From assembly GCA_030390025.1 (NCBI GenBank), contig CM059432.1, forward strand, positions 147,190,001 to 147,254,000: DNA of 64,000 bases. Reading direction: 5' to 3'. Each line of letters opens with the position of its first letter. Within the stretch, counting starts at the first letter, position 1. Origin of the DNA: Squalus acanthias. Lineage: Eukaryota. A program made the position numbers and the translations under genes. This document shows positions 62,393 to 64,000 of the stretch, piece by piece. The notes beneath the pieces were generated by a model that made no database searches, was not told the origin of the DNA, and saw only the letters and a list, made by a program, of their open reading frames with translations.

Positions 62393-62660
62393 GAGGGGGT
62401 ATCGATGAAGGATTCTGAGGATTCAACTATATATAGAGCAGGGCTGAAGACAACTGTTGGGGCTGAGCTAAAGGCTATTGGTCAGCAACTGTTGATAGCA
62501 GGTGTCACAACAGAATGGCACCGAGCTGAAGCCTCATCGCACCATTAATTTAAATGGGTACAAAATCCAGGTCTCCAGGTTCCTGATTTCCCATCCAGTG
62601 CTTCCTGCAAGCTCCGTTACTTACCAGGAGGCCCGATGGAGAGTCATCCCTATTTTTCAG

Positions 62661-62746
62661 GACATCAGCCTTACAGAGCAGCAGATTTAATAAATATCCG
62701 TAAAGAAAGGATAGAGGTGGAGAAGTGCCATCAGGGGAAAGATTGA
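62661..62746 (+). CDS. Candidate last coding exon of the PDE1 gene (exon extends to 62791)
   Basis: ccctatttttcag| phase 1 (G)HQPYRAADLINIRKERIEVEKCHQGKD*, then G|GTAAGT at 62791; in non-repeat sequence and phase-compatible with 34086; no homology recognised. Confidence 0.35.
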
Positions 62747-63429
62747 TATCCACTGAAAAAGAGTGCAATTCTACTGTTGGCTTGGATTCTGGTAAGTTGC
62801 CATAATTCAAAATTCACATCTCGGGCTGCACACTTTTCAGAAGCAACAGTGGTTATGTGGCGTCTGTGAAGTCCCGACCCAGTAAAATTCATCAATGCAT
62901 TCTCTATTGACTCTAGGAGATGTTGTTGAATTTCATGGGCTCCCCTCACCCAACTTCACAGACCTGCAATCTGTGAAAATCGATCAGTCCCAATTCATGT
63001 TATTCATTCTATCAAAAAAAAAGGGTAAATTTTGCAAAGATTTGCTTCCGGTGCAGAGCCTGTCTGATGGGAGTGCAGTGCAAAGAACGGGGCAGCAAGG
63101 CCAGATTGTCTTGATTCACTCATTAAAAGCCTTGCCTCATAACCTGTGCCCATGTGTATAATGTACACAGGCTTAATATCGGTGCCAATATCACTTAACG
63201 TGGTGCACTGCAACAGGCAGGGAATGCTTACTTTCCACTTGTATCTGTGCAGCTGAAAGTTTTCAAATCAATGTAGAATAATAATTCATGGTCTGTGACA
63301 TGAATCTTGTCATTCATGTGGAAATGACTTATGAAATAATACTGGGCGGCCTGCTGGTGGCGCTGTCCAGGGAGAGTATAAATACTTGGGCATGGGCCCA
63401 GCTTGCGTGGGACATTCTTAACAGGAACT

Positions 63430-63912
63430 CATTAAAGGGGAGGGCCCAAGCCCACAACTCTGCGGGGCCCGACATGGACCACCAGGGAGCAGGGTGCCGT
63501 GTCAGCAGCCTGGCACTCAAGAGGAGTGCCGGGCTGCCAGATCGCGGCACGGACCCCGCGTTCAAAGACGCAACGGGCCGTGACAAGTAAGTCGGCAGAT
63601 TTTTTTTCCCCCACCCACCACCTCCCCTTTAGTTAGCGCCCGACGAGCCTCCTGCCGCTCCGTTCCCACCCCCTGAATCGGTCGCTGTCATCGCCCGGCG
63701 CAGATTCAGGGGGCGCGGGACAATTTTGCAGGCGGGATGAAATCGGGGCGCTACGCACGGTGACATCACCTGCGCAGCGGCGCGGGGCGCTACCAGTTAC
63801 CGCCACCGCTAAACTCTCGCTGAATTTAGCGGGAGTCGTTAGCGGCGCCGCGTCCGGGCAAAAAGTCGTTTGCGCCCAGTGGTCGCTAACGAGAGGCGCA
63901 AATGCACCGATC
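63430..63912. mobile_element. Harbinger MITE-like fragment
   Basis: TTAGCGCC/GGCGCTA motifs and ending CGCTAACGAGAGGCGCAAA, like the family terminus. Confidence 0.55.
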
Positions 63913-64000
63913 TGGTGAAATATTATTGAGTGTCACTTCAATCTGCGGCTGTGGAGAATCCTTACGCATTTTGTTTATAATAATGATTCATCTAGTAAAG

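Overview
Vertebrate, non-mammalian genomic DNA. The repeat families (HE1-type V-SINE, SacSINE1/DeuSINE-type SINE, CR1, L2, Harbinger, Gypsy) point to a shark or other elasmobranch. The window lies inside a + strand calmodulin-dependent phosphodiesterase (PDE1 family, most PDE1C-like) gene. Three coding exons splice in frame (29078-29198, 30868-31046, 33886-34086), and there is a candidate last coding exon at 62661-62791; the rest is intron. Bases 1-19598 are a 16/14-bp satellite that appears to have expanded out of the body of a SINE whose tRNA-like head abuts the array. The remainder is a heavily nested TE landscape dominated by a PIF/Harbinger family. This includes one near-intact 4.2-kb autonomous element (intact 386-aa DDE transposase plus a convergent 3-exon Myb/SANT gene broken only by one base in a G8 run), three decayed relatives and many MITEs, two of which sit at the same trinucleotide of the CR1 3' tail repeat. 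Family names and protein similarities come from remembered consensus sequences, not database searches; TE boundaries without a stated TSD are approximate.
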